Source of the DNA: Octopus bimaculoides
Lineage: Eukaryota
Reading direction: 5' to 3'
Length of the DNA stretch: 64,000 nucleotides
NCBI RefSeq assembly: GCF_001194135.2
Contig: NC_068989.1
Location: forward strand, 93,620,608 to 93,684,607
Part shown: piece after piece, positions 1-12,719 of the stretch
Position numbering within the stretch: position 1 is the stretch's first letter
Layout: each line of letters begins with the position of its first letter
Program-made: the position numbers and the translations under genes
The notes under the pieces: generated by a model
What the model was told of the DNA's origin: nothing
Databases searched by the model: none
What the model saw: only the letters and a program-made list of their open reading frames with translations

Positions 1-24
1 TATCGATTCTGATCGCAGAGTATG

Positions 25-137
25 GTGAGATGAAGTGTTTTGCACGAGAACACAACGCGCCGCTTGGTTCGGGAATCAAACCCTCGATCTGGCGGTCGTG
101 AGAGTCACACCCTAACCACCACTCCACTTGCCCTCAC
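25..137 (-). mobile_element. SINE family C, tRNA-derived head fragment
   Basis: Reverse complement matches the head of the copy at 4267-4581 (GGTTAGGGTG...GGTTTGATTCCCGAACC B-box-like, then TTGTGTTCTCGTGCAAAACACTT). Confidence 0.7.
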
Positions 138-175
138 ATCGCAATTATTGGCAGCAATAGATCTAACGATGTTAA

Positions 176-412
176 GGCGGCGAGCTGTCAAAATCGTTAG
201 CACGCCGGGCGAAATGCTTAGCGATATTTCGTCTGCCACTACATTCTGAGTTCAAATTCCGCCGAGGTCGACTTTGCCTTCCATCCTTTCGGGGTCGATT
301 AAATAAGTACCATTTACGCACTGGGGTCGATTTAATCGACTTAATCCCTTTGCTCGCCCTTGTTTGTCTCCTCTATGTTTAGCCCCTTGTGGGCTATAAG
401 GAAATAAATATA
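176..412 (+). mobile_element. SINE family A, long-tail type, full length
   Basis: Head GGCGGCGAGCTG..., B box GAGTTCAAATTCC, tail GCCCCTTGTGGG...GAAATA. 12-bp TSD ATCTAACGATGT at 161-172 and 413-424. Many copies in the window. Confidence 0.9.
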
Positions 413-1662
413 ATCTAACGATGTCCATATTGCTTCGCGTGTCGCAATAAGATTCACTTTTCAATAGTTAAGAGCATTTTTTTTATCAATGATAACACCT
501 TTATCAATTGTCAAAACAAAAATTACCCAATTAGAAGAAAAATAAAATCACACACACACACACACACACACACACAATAACGCACAATGCGATGCTTACA
601 GCATTTACTGACACCATGGTCGAATTCCTTTGTTTCCGAAGATATTAACCCCGTCAGACCTGGACCCTGTATCTAACTTTTCCTTCACCTCGGCTCCTCA
701 GCAAAAATAATAAAAAAAAGTTGTTGCATCTACAGATAAAGACTTTCGATTGCCGGCAAAATAATGGACCGAATCGGCTGCATCTTCTTTTTCATTGTGT
801 TGTTCTTAACCACTTTGCCAGGAATCCAGTAGATATGACGTTTAATCTATTGCTGCTACAGCGACAGGGTTAAGAAAAACAGTAGCAACTTCTTCTTCGT
901 CGCTAAACCTTCTCGCGTTAGTTCAGTTTCAGCAGAAGTTTGCGGTAACTTCTTGGCAACTTCATGGTGTGATGTGCTTTCAGTTATATCTTACGCCACT
1001 GATGCCCTTGAAAGAAGCATCAATGAATGGCCTTATACTTTTCCAGCCTTCTAAAGTCTAAGACTGTCTTAAATGACAGATTACTGGCTCACATTTCAAA
1101 TCCCACCACCTCCACAAACACCTTTAGTCTGATGTTTCAGTTTTAGGGAAAAAAAAACAAAAATCTTACACAATTTAGATATCCATAGTAAGATCTTGAT
1201 CCCCGACCTCTTGATGTCTCTGATTATTAACGAATATGACACTGCGACAAAATTATAATACCAACACACTCGCTAATGTTTCTATCGTTTTGTGGCCTCG
1301 TGCCAATGTATTATTATTTTTTTAAAAATCAATATTTTATCGTGTTTACACAAAATTTATGTTACTTTTCCAATATATACATTTTATGATTCATCATTAT
1401 CCGCCAGTGATGATCAAATATATCAATGATTAGCCTGGTCACAAGTTTCTCTGAAAACATTTGCTATAATACAGGCGGGAAACTACGCTTACAGAAAAAC
1501 TTTCAATCCTTAATCTAGTCCTTCCTATACGGTTTTTTTTTTTCGGGTAACCGCTGTTTTCAATTTTTTTACTATCAAAACCTGTTTTAGCAAAATAAAA
1601 TCTCCCCATCCCCGAGTCTCCACCCATTTACTTTTCGTTTATATTTCATTGGGGAACTCTTA

Positions 1663-1889
1663 TTTCGGTATTGCCCACAAGGGGCTAAACAGAGGGGACA
1701 AACAAGGACAGACAAAGGGGTTAAGTCGATTACATCAACCCCAGTGCATAACTGGTACTTAATTTATCGACCCCGAAAGGATAAAAGGCAAAGTTGACCT
1801 CGGTGGAATTTGAACTCAGAACGTAACGGCAGACGAAATACCGCTAAGCATTTCTCCCCACGTGCTAACGTTTCTGCCAGCTCGCCGCT
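1663..1889 (-). mobile_element. SINE family A, long-tail type, full length
   Basis: Near-identical to the 176-412 copy in reverse. 11-bp TSD GGGAACTCTTA at 1652-1662 and 1890-1900. Confidence 0.92.
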
Positions 1890-2067
1890 GGGAACTCTTA
1901 ACGCACGAAAGATTCCTCAGTTGTTCATATTTAACCTCTTAGTTAGAGAGGGAAGGGCGGCACCAGTAATGCTCCACTTCCGTTAAAGGCTTACAAGGAC
2001 CAGAAGATGGCATTAGTTGGGTGAGGGATAAAATTCATTATTTTTTAGTAAATATTATGCGAAATGA

Positions 2068-2122
2068 TTATTGTGTGCAATGATTATGTGTGCAATGATT
2101 ATGTGTGCAATGATTATGTGTA
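2068..2122 (+). repeat. 15-bp tandem repeat (GATTATGTGTGCAAT) about 3.5 copies
   Basis: Directly visible tandem units. Confidence 0.85.
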
Positions 2123-2299
2123 CGAATTTTTGTATAATATATTTATGAACGCTCGCACACGTGTAAATTGAATTGTAATACTTTCTTCTTAATGAAACTA
2201 AAATGTTGAATTCATACGGTATTCGATAATCAATTCACAAACTATGGAATCATAACCTCTCCAATTTTTTCGTTGTTCTCTTGTGCCGTTTATATCATT

Positions 2300-2900
2300 C
2301 TAACTCAGAGTAAGACTTCAAGGGTTTGATTGTTTTGATAGTTGCCTTAACCATCAACATCATACAGTATTTTTTTCTTTATTTCTCTTCTTACCAATTT
2401 ATAAATAAGGCTTCGACGATATAGGCCAATCTTTAAGCAACTGATTAAATTTTATCCGATGGACAATTCATTTCTCTCAGCGTGCATTCAATTGTTTTGC
2501 ACCAGGTGGGTTTTCGCCCTCGAGCCTTTCAATGCCAAGATGCTGCCCATTTTAAAGTTATTTTCGCTGTCCTCTTCTGATACAAAAAATTCTGCTGTTT
2601 TACCCCCAATCTCATATATTGCAACCAGTTTGTGAGCACTTCCTCTCATTCGGCAATTTGTTGGATCCGGAAATATGACAGATTTTCTCCAAGCACCTGC
2701 AGCCTATTACGTTGATCTTATTCACTTCACATTTTCCTACTCAGCATCCTTCGTAGCCATATATTAGAGCCGTTTCCCTTAGAAAGACTAATATTAAATC
2801 TAAAACTATTGTACTTTCAGATCGACTGAATTCCTCACATACTTCGGTAAAACTTGTATTTACCTCGTTGATTTCGACTTTTTTTTTGTAGAAACCTCCT
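2300..2900 (-). pseudogene. Highly decayed pogo/Tigger-like transposase remnant
   Basis: Frame-hopping translation gives, in the expected order, KKKVEI...SFTEVCEEFSRSESTI (psq-type HTH-like), EEVLTNW (CENP-B HTH-like) and IGLYRRSL (like the TGLxWRxLP start of DDE_1). Motif resemblance by eye only. Confidence 0.4.
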
Positions 2901-4266
2901 CGACGATAAAACACAAGATTATGATGCAATTACATCTATCAAATATTGGGCAAATTGTCCAGTATATTATGTGTTTCTATCATCCCTTTTTCTTGTGATT
3001 TAGCCTTCGTCATTTATTGCTAAAACTATGTTCAAAACCAAGTCATTAGTCTAGAAACAACTTATAAAAATAAGATGTAGTGTTAACCACAAATATTAGA
3101 GGTGAATATTTTATCTAGATAATGGCTTAAGATGAAGCTACGGTGAATCTAAATCATAGATTCTAAAATCTAAGCACGTAATTGAACTAATTGTGCACTT
3201 GAAGAGAATCCACTCAGAACAACCAGCAAACACGTGGCATAGAAGTACAGATTACAAATTGGTGCACGTGATATAAAGGTGACTACTGATAACTTATATA
3301 ACTTTTGATTTCAACCTAGGAGTTAATCAATTCGTAATCAGCTGTTCTCACATTTATGAATTAAAACATGTCGTTTATATCAGTCTTTATCTAACGACTA
3401 AAGGTTTATATTGTCGGGCGGAATATGTCAAGAGAACTCTGTAACAACTGTTACACAAGGGTTACAACTATTAGGTCTAAACAACCTGTGAAGAATAACA
3501 ACAATCAAAGACAGTCATTGGCTTAGTTGTGCCAGTCTAATTCTAAATCATGCTTCCTACATATTTTACTTTCTACGATACTTATCAATCATATCATTTT
3601 ATATATGATTATGTTCAGTGTCAACCATATCTAGAGCAAAGTCTTCAGGAGGCCGGCCTTGCTAGGTATGTTAATTCCGATGTCTCGTATCACTTTGTGT
3701 TTATTACTGTACAACTCCTTAAATCCAATGAAGTTAACTCTATTTGCCTTATTCGACGTAACAATATATTGATAAAAACTAAATGTTTAATTCAATTAAA
3801 CTTATTTACCTCGGGTTATGCCATGCTGACGGTTTCTAATAAGAATTAAATGGCACTGTATATGATTGCTAATGACTAGTATTTTAAGATCTTCAAATTA
3901 AATAATCAACAATAAAAATAAAATCTAGATTTGTATGTTCTACACATTTTCTACTTTGTTTTTCGGTTTTAAATTCAAACTTGTAATGCCGCAAAATATT
4001 ATGTAGAAATTACACAAATTGGCCACCAGGGAACGCCACGTCCTAAATGTACCGTTAAGAAATGAAAATTAGAATAATTAGAAATATTCTTACGGACGAT
4101 TGTTTCCATGCAGTGTTGAGTACATAATTGAAACTTGTGTTGATGCCTACTCACGTGCTCATAGAAGCAAATATTCATTAGCACACATGACTCTTAATCT
4201 TGGCATAACGCCTCAAGATATGAAGGAAGGGTACAATGTTATAATAAACCACTACACTTCAGGAGG

Positions 4267-4581
4267 AGACCCCCTTCGGTCATGAAGGACCATGGGATTG
4301 CACCTAGAAAGTTACCTCTGGGCAAGTTTATTTGTGGAAGGCCAGCAGTCGCCCATGCATACCAGCCTCCCCTCTCCACACCACTAATGTTATCCAAGGG
4401 AAAAGCAAAGGGGCCGATACAGCTTGGCACCAGTAACGTGGCAATTCATTTCTACAACTGAGTGAACTGGAGCAACGTGAAATAATGTGTCTTGCTCAAG
4501 AACACAACACGGTCCGGGAATCGAACTCACAACCTCACGATCATAAGCTCGACGCTCTAATCACTGAGCCATGCGCCTTCA
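4267..4581 (-). mobile_element. SINE family C with tail type 1, full length
   Basis: Head GGCGCATGGCTCAGTG (A box) ...GAGTTCGATTCCCGG (B box), central TTGAGCAAGACAC motif, tail ...CTAGGTGCAATCCCATGGTC..CATGACCGAAGGGG shared with 42689-42897. Confidence 0.88.
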
Positions 4582-5400
4582 CCTACAGTTGACTGGTACT
4601 GAAATAATCGACTTCCTGGTGGCAGGGCTTAACCACGCAACCTAATATTTAACCAGTTCAACATGTCATTTTTCTTTCATTCCCTCTAAAGAGGCTTAAA
4701 GCGTGTCTATAGCTGTGATGAAATATGTTGATAAGCATGAAAGTAAAGACAGCAAAAACAATCATACAGTTTATATGTTCTTACGTAATTACATGCTTAG
4801 TAGTTACTAAGGTGGTGCTGCTGCAGTATGGCCTTAACATTGATGCCTAATAAAAACTAAAAATCATCGAAACTGGTCGCAATATTTTAGTTTTATTGGA
4901 ACTGACAAAGTTTCTCAAGAAAAATAGAGCAATACTGTATCGAAAGATTTTTCGAAAGAGCATGTTGGTCACATACTCGCTTGATATATCTGCCGCACGT
5001 TTCTTTACAATATATTCGCACACGACTACATAGAACATACACGAATCAACAAGGGTAACTTCTACATGGTGACCCAATCTGTTAGAAATAGTTGTGAAGT
5101 TTGCCTCATACCACTCTTTGAACCATGTAGTTCTTTTTATATATATTCTCAGTTGTATGTTTTCTCAAATACTTTATATACAAAGAGAGGAAGATGTATA
5201 TGAAAGGAATGCCTTTGATCGTGGGCCACATTGTATAATGTAGCTCTAGATATATTATATCTGAAGAAAAAAAAACGGAACAGTCATGGTTGGAACCCTT
5301 TTGGTTGTCTGTATGTGCGAGAAGTTGGAACTAAACAACACAACGAAAACAAGGAGAACAACAAAAGAAGAAGGAAAAGAAAAGCTACGGTAACAGTAAC

Positions 5401-5402
<2 letters not shown>

Positions 5403-5445
<43 letters not shown>
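5403..5445 (+). repeat. (GA)n microsatellite
   Basis: Direct inspection. Confidence 0.95.
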
Positions 5446-5450
<5 letters not shown>

Positions 5451-5903
5451 AAGGAGAAAGGGAAAGAAAGGTAGAGAAAGAGAGAATCCCCGTATTATCT
5501 TTAAAGTATACATTATGATCCAATGATAAAAGAATGACTTCACCATTCCGGATTACAGGTATTCGTATAAATACGAATTAGTATTTCTCAGTCCGTGTTA
5601 CTTTTACCAAACGTAGAAGCGAAAACCGCTGCCAGCCAAAATAGAAACTTAGTCACAAAGGTATTTCCTATCGTCCATCATTTATCTAAAAGTATCCTAC
5701 AAAGAAGAACAAAGACGTATAACTCTTGATGTAACTATTTGTAGGAGATTTGTTTCCTTACTGTGTTGGCTATTTATGATGAATGTGAGTTGTGTGATGG
5801 CAGGCGATTGGCTGAGATGCGTGAAGCTAGCATGAAATCTTTTCAGTTATATTGATTAGTTAAACGCTGGTAAACATCACGTGCTTATAATTAATTCATC
5901 TAC

Positions 5904-6295
5904 TTGTTTCAGTCATTAGACAGCGGCCATGCTGAGGCACTACCTTGAATAATCTTTAGTCGAATGAATCGACCCCAGTATCTACTTGTTTTAAAGGTTA
6001 TCGGTCGTTTTTGACGAATCGTTAGGTTACGGTGAGATAAACACACCAACACCGGTTGTGAAACTGTGGTGGGAGACAAACATAGACAGACACAAGGAAA
6101 CGCCCCCTCTCTCTCTCACACACATATATTTACAACAGGCTTCTTTTAGTTTCCGTTTACCAAATCCACTCCGAGGCTTCAGTCGGTCCAACGCTACAGC
6201 AAAAGATACTTGCCCAAGGTGCCACGCAGTTAGAATATATCCAGAACCATGTGGTCTGCTAAGCAAGCGCCTTACCACCCAGCCACGCCTGCGCA
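5904..6295 (-). mobile_element. SINE family B, near full length
   Basis: Head GCGCAGGCGTGGCTG...GCACCTTGGGCAAGT, internal dinucleotide tract, tail CAGCATGGCCGC...ATGACTGAAACAAGT; matches 40012-40428. Confidence 0.85.
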
Positions 6296-6356
6296 ACATA
6301 AATATACGTTTACCTAAAAAAGAAACTATGAGAAGCTTTATGATTCAGACATAAAG

Positions 6357-6770
6357 CTTCAGACATGGCTGTGTGGTTAGGAAGTTTGTGTTGCAGCCAT
6401 ATGATTTCAGGTTGAGTCCCACTGCGCAGCACCTTGGACACATGTCATTTACTATAGCAACGGACCAACCAATGCCTTGTGAAGGAATATGGTAAACGGC
6501 AACTGTGAGGAAGCCCGTCGTATGTGTGTGTGTGTATATGTGTGTATGAGTGTCTCCCTGCTGCTTGACAACCAGCATTTGTTTACATCTCCGTAACTTA
6601 GTGGTTCTGCAAAAGAACCAATTATATTAAGTCGGAAACTTTAAAAAATGCCTACGTGGTGGTCGTGGTGGTGGGGGGCGATATGTTTGACTAAAGCTTT
6701 CCAGAGGCGGTGCCCCAGCATGGCCGCATTTCAATGACAGAAAGAAGTTAAAGATAAAAAGTAAAATATT
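6357..6770 (+). mobile_element. SINE family B, near full length
   Basis: CATGGCTGTGTGG A box, GGTTGAGTCCC B-box variant, internal (TG)n, tail CCCAGCATGGCCGCA. Confidence 0.85.
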
Positions 6771-6927
6771 AATTGACCTGCTAAGTCCTAATTGGGGATA
6801 CATAATTATCTGAATTAATTTTGGTTTATTGAAGACTAAAAGCTCTGGATAGCAATATCGGGTTCATTTCTTAAGTAAACAGTAATTGAAAGAAGGCAAG
6901 GCAGCAATTGGTTATAATTCTAGTAAT

Positions 6928-7143
6928 ATTCTTTTATACTCTAGGCACAAGGTCCGGAATTTTGAGGGGAGGGGGCAGTGGATTAGAACGACCCCAGTAC
7001 GCAACTGATTCTTAATTTATCGACCCAGAAAAGGTGAAAGCAAAGTTGACCTCAGCGGAATGTGAACTCAGAACGTAAAGACAGACGAAATACCACTAAG
7101 CATTTCGCCCGCCGTGCTAACGTTTCTGCTACCTCGCCGCCTT
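6928..7143 (-). mobile_element. SINE family A, short/alternative-tail type
   Basis: Family A head and body with tail ...CCTTGTGCCTAGAGTATAAAAGAAT. 17-bp TSD GTTATAATTCTAGTAAT at 6911-6927 and 7144-7160. Confidence 0.92.
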
Positions 7144-8605
7144 GTTATAATTCTAGTAATGACAATCTGGTGAGTGAGATCTTAGTGAAATTGTTGTACA
7201 CAGGGGCTTCCATAGTTCAATGCTGACCATCCATATAAACGTGAGTGTACAGGCTTAGGAAAGGAATTGTTAGGGAAATAGGTTGTTAGCCATGCCTATA
7301 AGTCTTTCCTCACCACACCATGTCTATCCAAAGTCCGTCGACTTGGACTAATTCAGTGCAGTATTAATGTTGTCGCAAACGTTGCTGTCAGAAGCCGCAA
7401 TGCATCTCGTCCTATCCTCAAATAGTTCTGCCATTTCGACGCCTTGAATCATTACTGTTGTAAATGATCCTCAAAGACCTGTGAATCCTGGCAATATTTG
7501 AATTCAGGAGGTAAAAAGTCGAGGCAAATAACTCGAAGCTTTCTCCCAGCGCTCTAACAGCTCAGCCTTTAAATTTGCTTAGAATAATTTATTGATTTCG
7601 TATTTCGATACAAAGCAATAACTGAGAGAAACAAATTACGCATTGCTTGTCTAAGAAGAACCTCAACTACAAATGTGAAGTGACGCGATTTTAATCGTAA
7701 ATCGAATCCCATTTTAGCAGTTAATGGAAACTTATCAGTTCTAGTAACGTTCACTATTATTTTCTCAATTATCTAAAGAAGATTCGCTAAAACGTTTGAT
7801 TATATTATCTCTTTAGTATAGGTGATGTCCTATATTTGTAAGGATATGCAAATATTTGGCTGTGACGCTGTGATATTCATGTCTTTCCCGAATAGAAAAC
7901 GAACATATTAAGAAAATTTGAACCATGAAACGTAAATCAAAACTTGGGCAGCAGAACCTATGAGATACGTCTCACTAGAAATGTGCCACTATTTTTCAAT
8001 GAGTTCACCGTTATTTTCTTGTATATTTAAAAAAGAGTAATTTTAATATTAATTTAATACAGGCGTTAAACAAAGACAAACACCACAAAACATGGTTTAA
8101 TTGATTAATTAATTAATTAAAAATACACAAAAGAAAATTTTATCAGCAAAGTTTTTAAACACCTTTATACGAAGTGTAAATTGAATATAATATAATATGT
8201 AGCAGGTGAAAAAAGTATCACTCACTAATTTAGTTAAAAATTTTACAACAAGATTTAAAATAAAAATATCTATAATTATAATTTTCACTATGAAAAACAG
8301 AGCAAGGCGCGTACATACATAGCTGGAGATGAGCAATCAATATATTCTGTTATCTTTGTTCTAAAGAATTTAACATTTTCAGGTGTCCATTATTGGAATA
8401 AAAGATAAATGATTAAAAAGTAAACTGATTAATGTCGGAGCCCACATCGGAGATCATATCAGAAGAGATCTGATTAAAAATTCCTAGTTAAGCAATAAAA
8501 GAACTAACGGGCGGATACCTTGAGTGATCAGAGAAAGGAAACAAATGGCGAATTAACGGGGTTCATTTTAGAATTTTTTAATCAGTGTCATGATAAAGGA
8601 ATCAA

Positions 8606-8640
8606 AATGTATGTATGTGTATGTATGTTGGTACATGTCA

Positions 8641-8686
<46 letters not shown>

Positions 8687-8822
8687 ATGCCTGTATATAC
8701 CTATGTATTTATGTGAGTGTGTGCCTATATATATGTATATATACATACACACACACACACGCACACACACACATACACACATATATTTATACATACACAC
8801 ATATATATACACGCACAACACA
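8606..8822 (+). repeat. Compound (TA)n/(TATG)n/(CA)n microsatellite
   Basis: Direct inspection; source of spurious YIYI/HTHT ORFs. Confidence 0.95.
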
Positions 8823-9454
8823 TAAATGTATACACATTCTAGGGAGACAAGTTCAAAAGAAACTATGTCAGACCAATTAGAATATACTTTAAAAGATTAG
8901 TCTGAGAGAGAATGAAATAAATTTATTGATTAAATATCCTAAACAAACACACACATATATATGTATATGTGTGTATGTGTGTGTGTGTGTGTCTGTGTGT
9001 ATACACATACATACGTACATGGACACATACATATTGAAGATATGATAAAGTTTATCAAAAATTTACCTTCGCTCTGTTCAGGTAAGTGCAGATTTAAAGA
9101 TTTAAAACCGAAACTAAGAAGGAGATTATAATAAAGAAAAACTGCTCTGTTTAACAAATTGAAAAAGGAATTAATTTTATATCAGACGAATAGTATCGTT
9201 ATTTCAAAGAAGACAACAAGCCTCTAACAGCTAAAACAAACGCAAACAAATGAATAACACATCATATTATGCTAAGAATGGACAGAAACGTGAAAGTACC
9301 TAGTGGTATTATTACTTATATCTCTTTGATCTACATTTATGATCCTGTTGGATCGATTACATCTTTTATCAGTAAAAAATCGATGAAATAAATTCTAGCT
9401 ATATGCTTCGATTAAATTTATTTATTTAGATATTATTGTCGTTGCTGTTGTTCT

Positions 9455-9458
9455 TGTT

Positions 9459-9502
<44 letters not shown>

Positions 9503-9800
9503 TATCAACATCATCATCATCATCATCATCATCGTCATCATTATTATTGAGTGAAGGAGCAGCGCATGCCATCAAAGTGACACTGGGGTAAAATATACCA
9601 AGCCCAATATACCCATCATGACTACCCGTCTGATAAGGGTACACCAGGCACATGCATCACAACCATATGTGCGCGATATGGTGATCCCGTATCAAGATAA
9701 ACAGTGCATGACCTTGCAGGTGGGGCCCAGTTAGAATTTTCTTCAGGTCGAGTAGCCCATCCCACTCAAAAGGTCCCTGAATAAGGTTTGTTTAATGATG
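9455..9800 (-). mobile_element. Probable 3' end of an unclassified retroposon with a (GAT)n tail
   Basis: GC-richer 250-bp block abutting a long (ATC)n tract. Single copy in this window, so classification is not possible. Confidence 0.35.
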
Positions 9801-10818
9801 TTGAGCATAACCTTTCTCATTCGAAACATTTTTTTCTAAACAAAACAACACACATGGCCAGCAGAATAACCCATTAAGCGTAGCACTGCTAGTTAACCAT
9901 TTTTTCTTTTCATACAAATTAACCTGACATTGTCTCGTGAATTTTTTGCTCTATCTTCACAAATCGTAATTTCGGTGTTGGTCGACCACCATTTATAATT
10001 AATTGCTTCCGTTCAAAATCTTTTTTTGAAAAACTATTTTTCAAAATTTCTTCTATAACACACATTTCAGTTATTTGCACAAATATTTCGAAAATCCTAG
10101 AGAAATCTTATGAAAGTAATTGAGGCACGTGTGAGCGTGTGTGCATGAATTGCAAATCAGTTTCATCAAGTCGGAAAGATAATTTTAGCAAATCAACGCA
10201 AGATTAATTAGCTATATTATATTTCTGATTTCAGAATTTTTGAAAATTTGTTCAATACAGAGGATGGTTAAAGATAATAAATTCAAAACTTACAACAGAG
10301 CGAAATAGGTATTCGAAAGTCACGGTAACATTTGAGCTGACTAATTAAGAATTATGGGATTGTTGATATGTTTTGGTCAGAATATTTTAAGGTCAAAAAG
10401 TCAAATCCAGTCAGCCATTTAGCCTGTTGCGTTAGCGACATCAATTCAAAGAACTGTTGACAAAGAAAAACTGCCTTCTGTAGTTATTTTATCGCGATAA
10501 ATAAATAATCTTACAGGCATTGACTTTACAGATAGGCAGGAAAGAAATGGTAGTTACTAAAATAAAGGAAAGGTGGGAACAAAAGATTTCATATGCGTTT
10601 AAGTATGCCTAGAGGAAGCTGAATTGAGCATGTTAATACAGCAAAGCATCTGGACGGGTTTCCTTTGAAACAAAGTAACTACTTTAGCTCAGTTTCCAAT
10701 GATTTTGACAACTTATCAATGTAGTTATAGATACATCACGTTCTTAAATTAATTTTTGAGTGATTTAAAAAATAAACGTATATGGAGTGCATGACTTGCA
10801 TGTCTCAAATGCGCGCCA

Positions 10819-10863
<45 letters not shown>

Positions 10864-11665
10864 AACTTCCTCCGACCCCTATATGTGAAGTTGGACCTTC
10901 AATAAATTTTTAGCACTAAAATCGGTTTTCCTGAATATGAGCTGCTAAGTTGAGGAGTGCATCTGATATGCCCGTGCGTGTTTTGGAACATCAAGTGCGC
11001 TGATACCATTTCTAAAGACGTTACTAGATATGGTATTACAGCTGCCTTTACTAATCCACGTATGTGAAATATCCTGCATGCGATTTTGAAGAAAGTTTTC
11101 TCAGCAATTTCTTGTGCCTCACTCACAATGCTGGCGTGTTCTGCAATACAGGATATTGTAATATCGATATCTTATTTGATATTTTCGCCTTTTTTTTTTT
11201 TTTACCAGATATCCCATCAAAAGAGAGAAAAAAATGTCGTATTGAATGAAACCAACATTCTAAATAATTTTAATATATTTAAACACAACGACAGTAATAA
11301 TAAGGGCAATGATGATGATGATGATCATGATGATGATGGTAGGGAATTGCTGTTCCTATTATTTCTTTGCCCTTATAAATTTATACTTTTTACGTAATTC
11401 CCTGCAGAGATAAATTCCTGCAACTTTTAAGATAATAGTCATTACAGAGAAATGATGACCGTGATGATGATGATGGTGGTGGTGGTAGTGGTGGTGGATG
11501 TAATGAAGACTGCGGTGTAGAAAGTGATGATGTTTTAATGGTGATGATACTAACACTTCTTTCCTGCATATCTTAATCTTATAACTATACCTATTTATAT
11601 GCATATACATATACAAGCACGTGTGTCCACACATACATAAATGTATATACATATATATCTATCTA

Positions 11666-11733
<68 letters not shown>

Positions 11734-12719
11734 AACATACACACACATATACATTGCTTTCTGTATCAGTTTGCTGCTTTCACTTTTTACAATTTTCCCC
11801 TCCAATATTGCCCATCAAGATAATGCTGATTGAATGATCTTATCTAGTTGGAATTTGGCAAAGTTATATTCCCAGGGCTTATTCATTCATGAGCTACAAA
11901 AAAGATCAGTGCTTCAGCTCCAAAAATAAGATTTGATTTCCCTACTCACCCATAAATATGATTAACCAGATCAACACTTCCTTGCAATCTCTTTAAGAAA
12001 ATAGTCTTTTCTTGCAACTTTATGCACCATTTCCACACATTTTAATATTTTCGACAAGACTACAACGTGATATTTTCCGACAAAATGCTTTTCTTTTTCA
12101 TTTCACCATTTTATATTTTTCAACATTTTTTTTTACCTCTTCTAACAGCGATTTCAATGGATTTTCTTTTCTCTTTTTTTGTTTTCTTTTGCATATTAGG
12201 CTATAGTAGTTTCATAATATTTTCCTCAATCTGTAATCTCCGACTCCCAAAAGGTAGGAGATGAATAATACAAGCGGTCGGGTCCAAGAAAAGAAGGCCG
12301 TTGAAAATCGGTCACCCTATCTTTAAGCATCGAATGTTTGGCGTGATTAATGTTATGGAAGAAGGAGAGCAGCTAACCAAGCAGTTCCATATTACGATTG
12401 CAACAGTATTATCAACAACAACAAAACAACAACAACACAACAGCAAAGGAGCATAAGCAGAAAGGCATCTCGCAAACACAACAATAACCACTGCAACTTT
12501 GGCAACAACAAAAACGGCAGCTGCAACAACAAAAGCTAAAACAAAAATATAAGCACCAAGAAGGTATGAAGATACCATAAAAGCATCACAGAAAACCAGT
12601 TATGAACGAGGGAATGTTGAGCTTACAATGGACCCTTTATGCAGAAATGCCCTCCACCCCCCAGTTCTTCAAATTTCGTTCTATTGCTTTATGCAAGGTG
12701 ATTTTTAGCATTCACGGAA

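Noticed and set aside
3625-3650. CUGAAGA on the minus strand
   Set aside because: No stem II and no GAAA (GAUA instead).
7280-7560. GC-richer island with short open frames
   Set aside because: Stops in all frames and no recognisable motif.
10860-11100. Possible Tc/pogo MITE subterminal motif (GAGGAGTGCATCTGATATGCCCGTGCG)
   Set aside because: No TIR pair or TSD identified.
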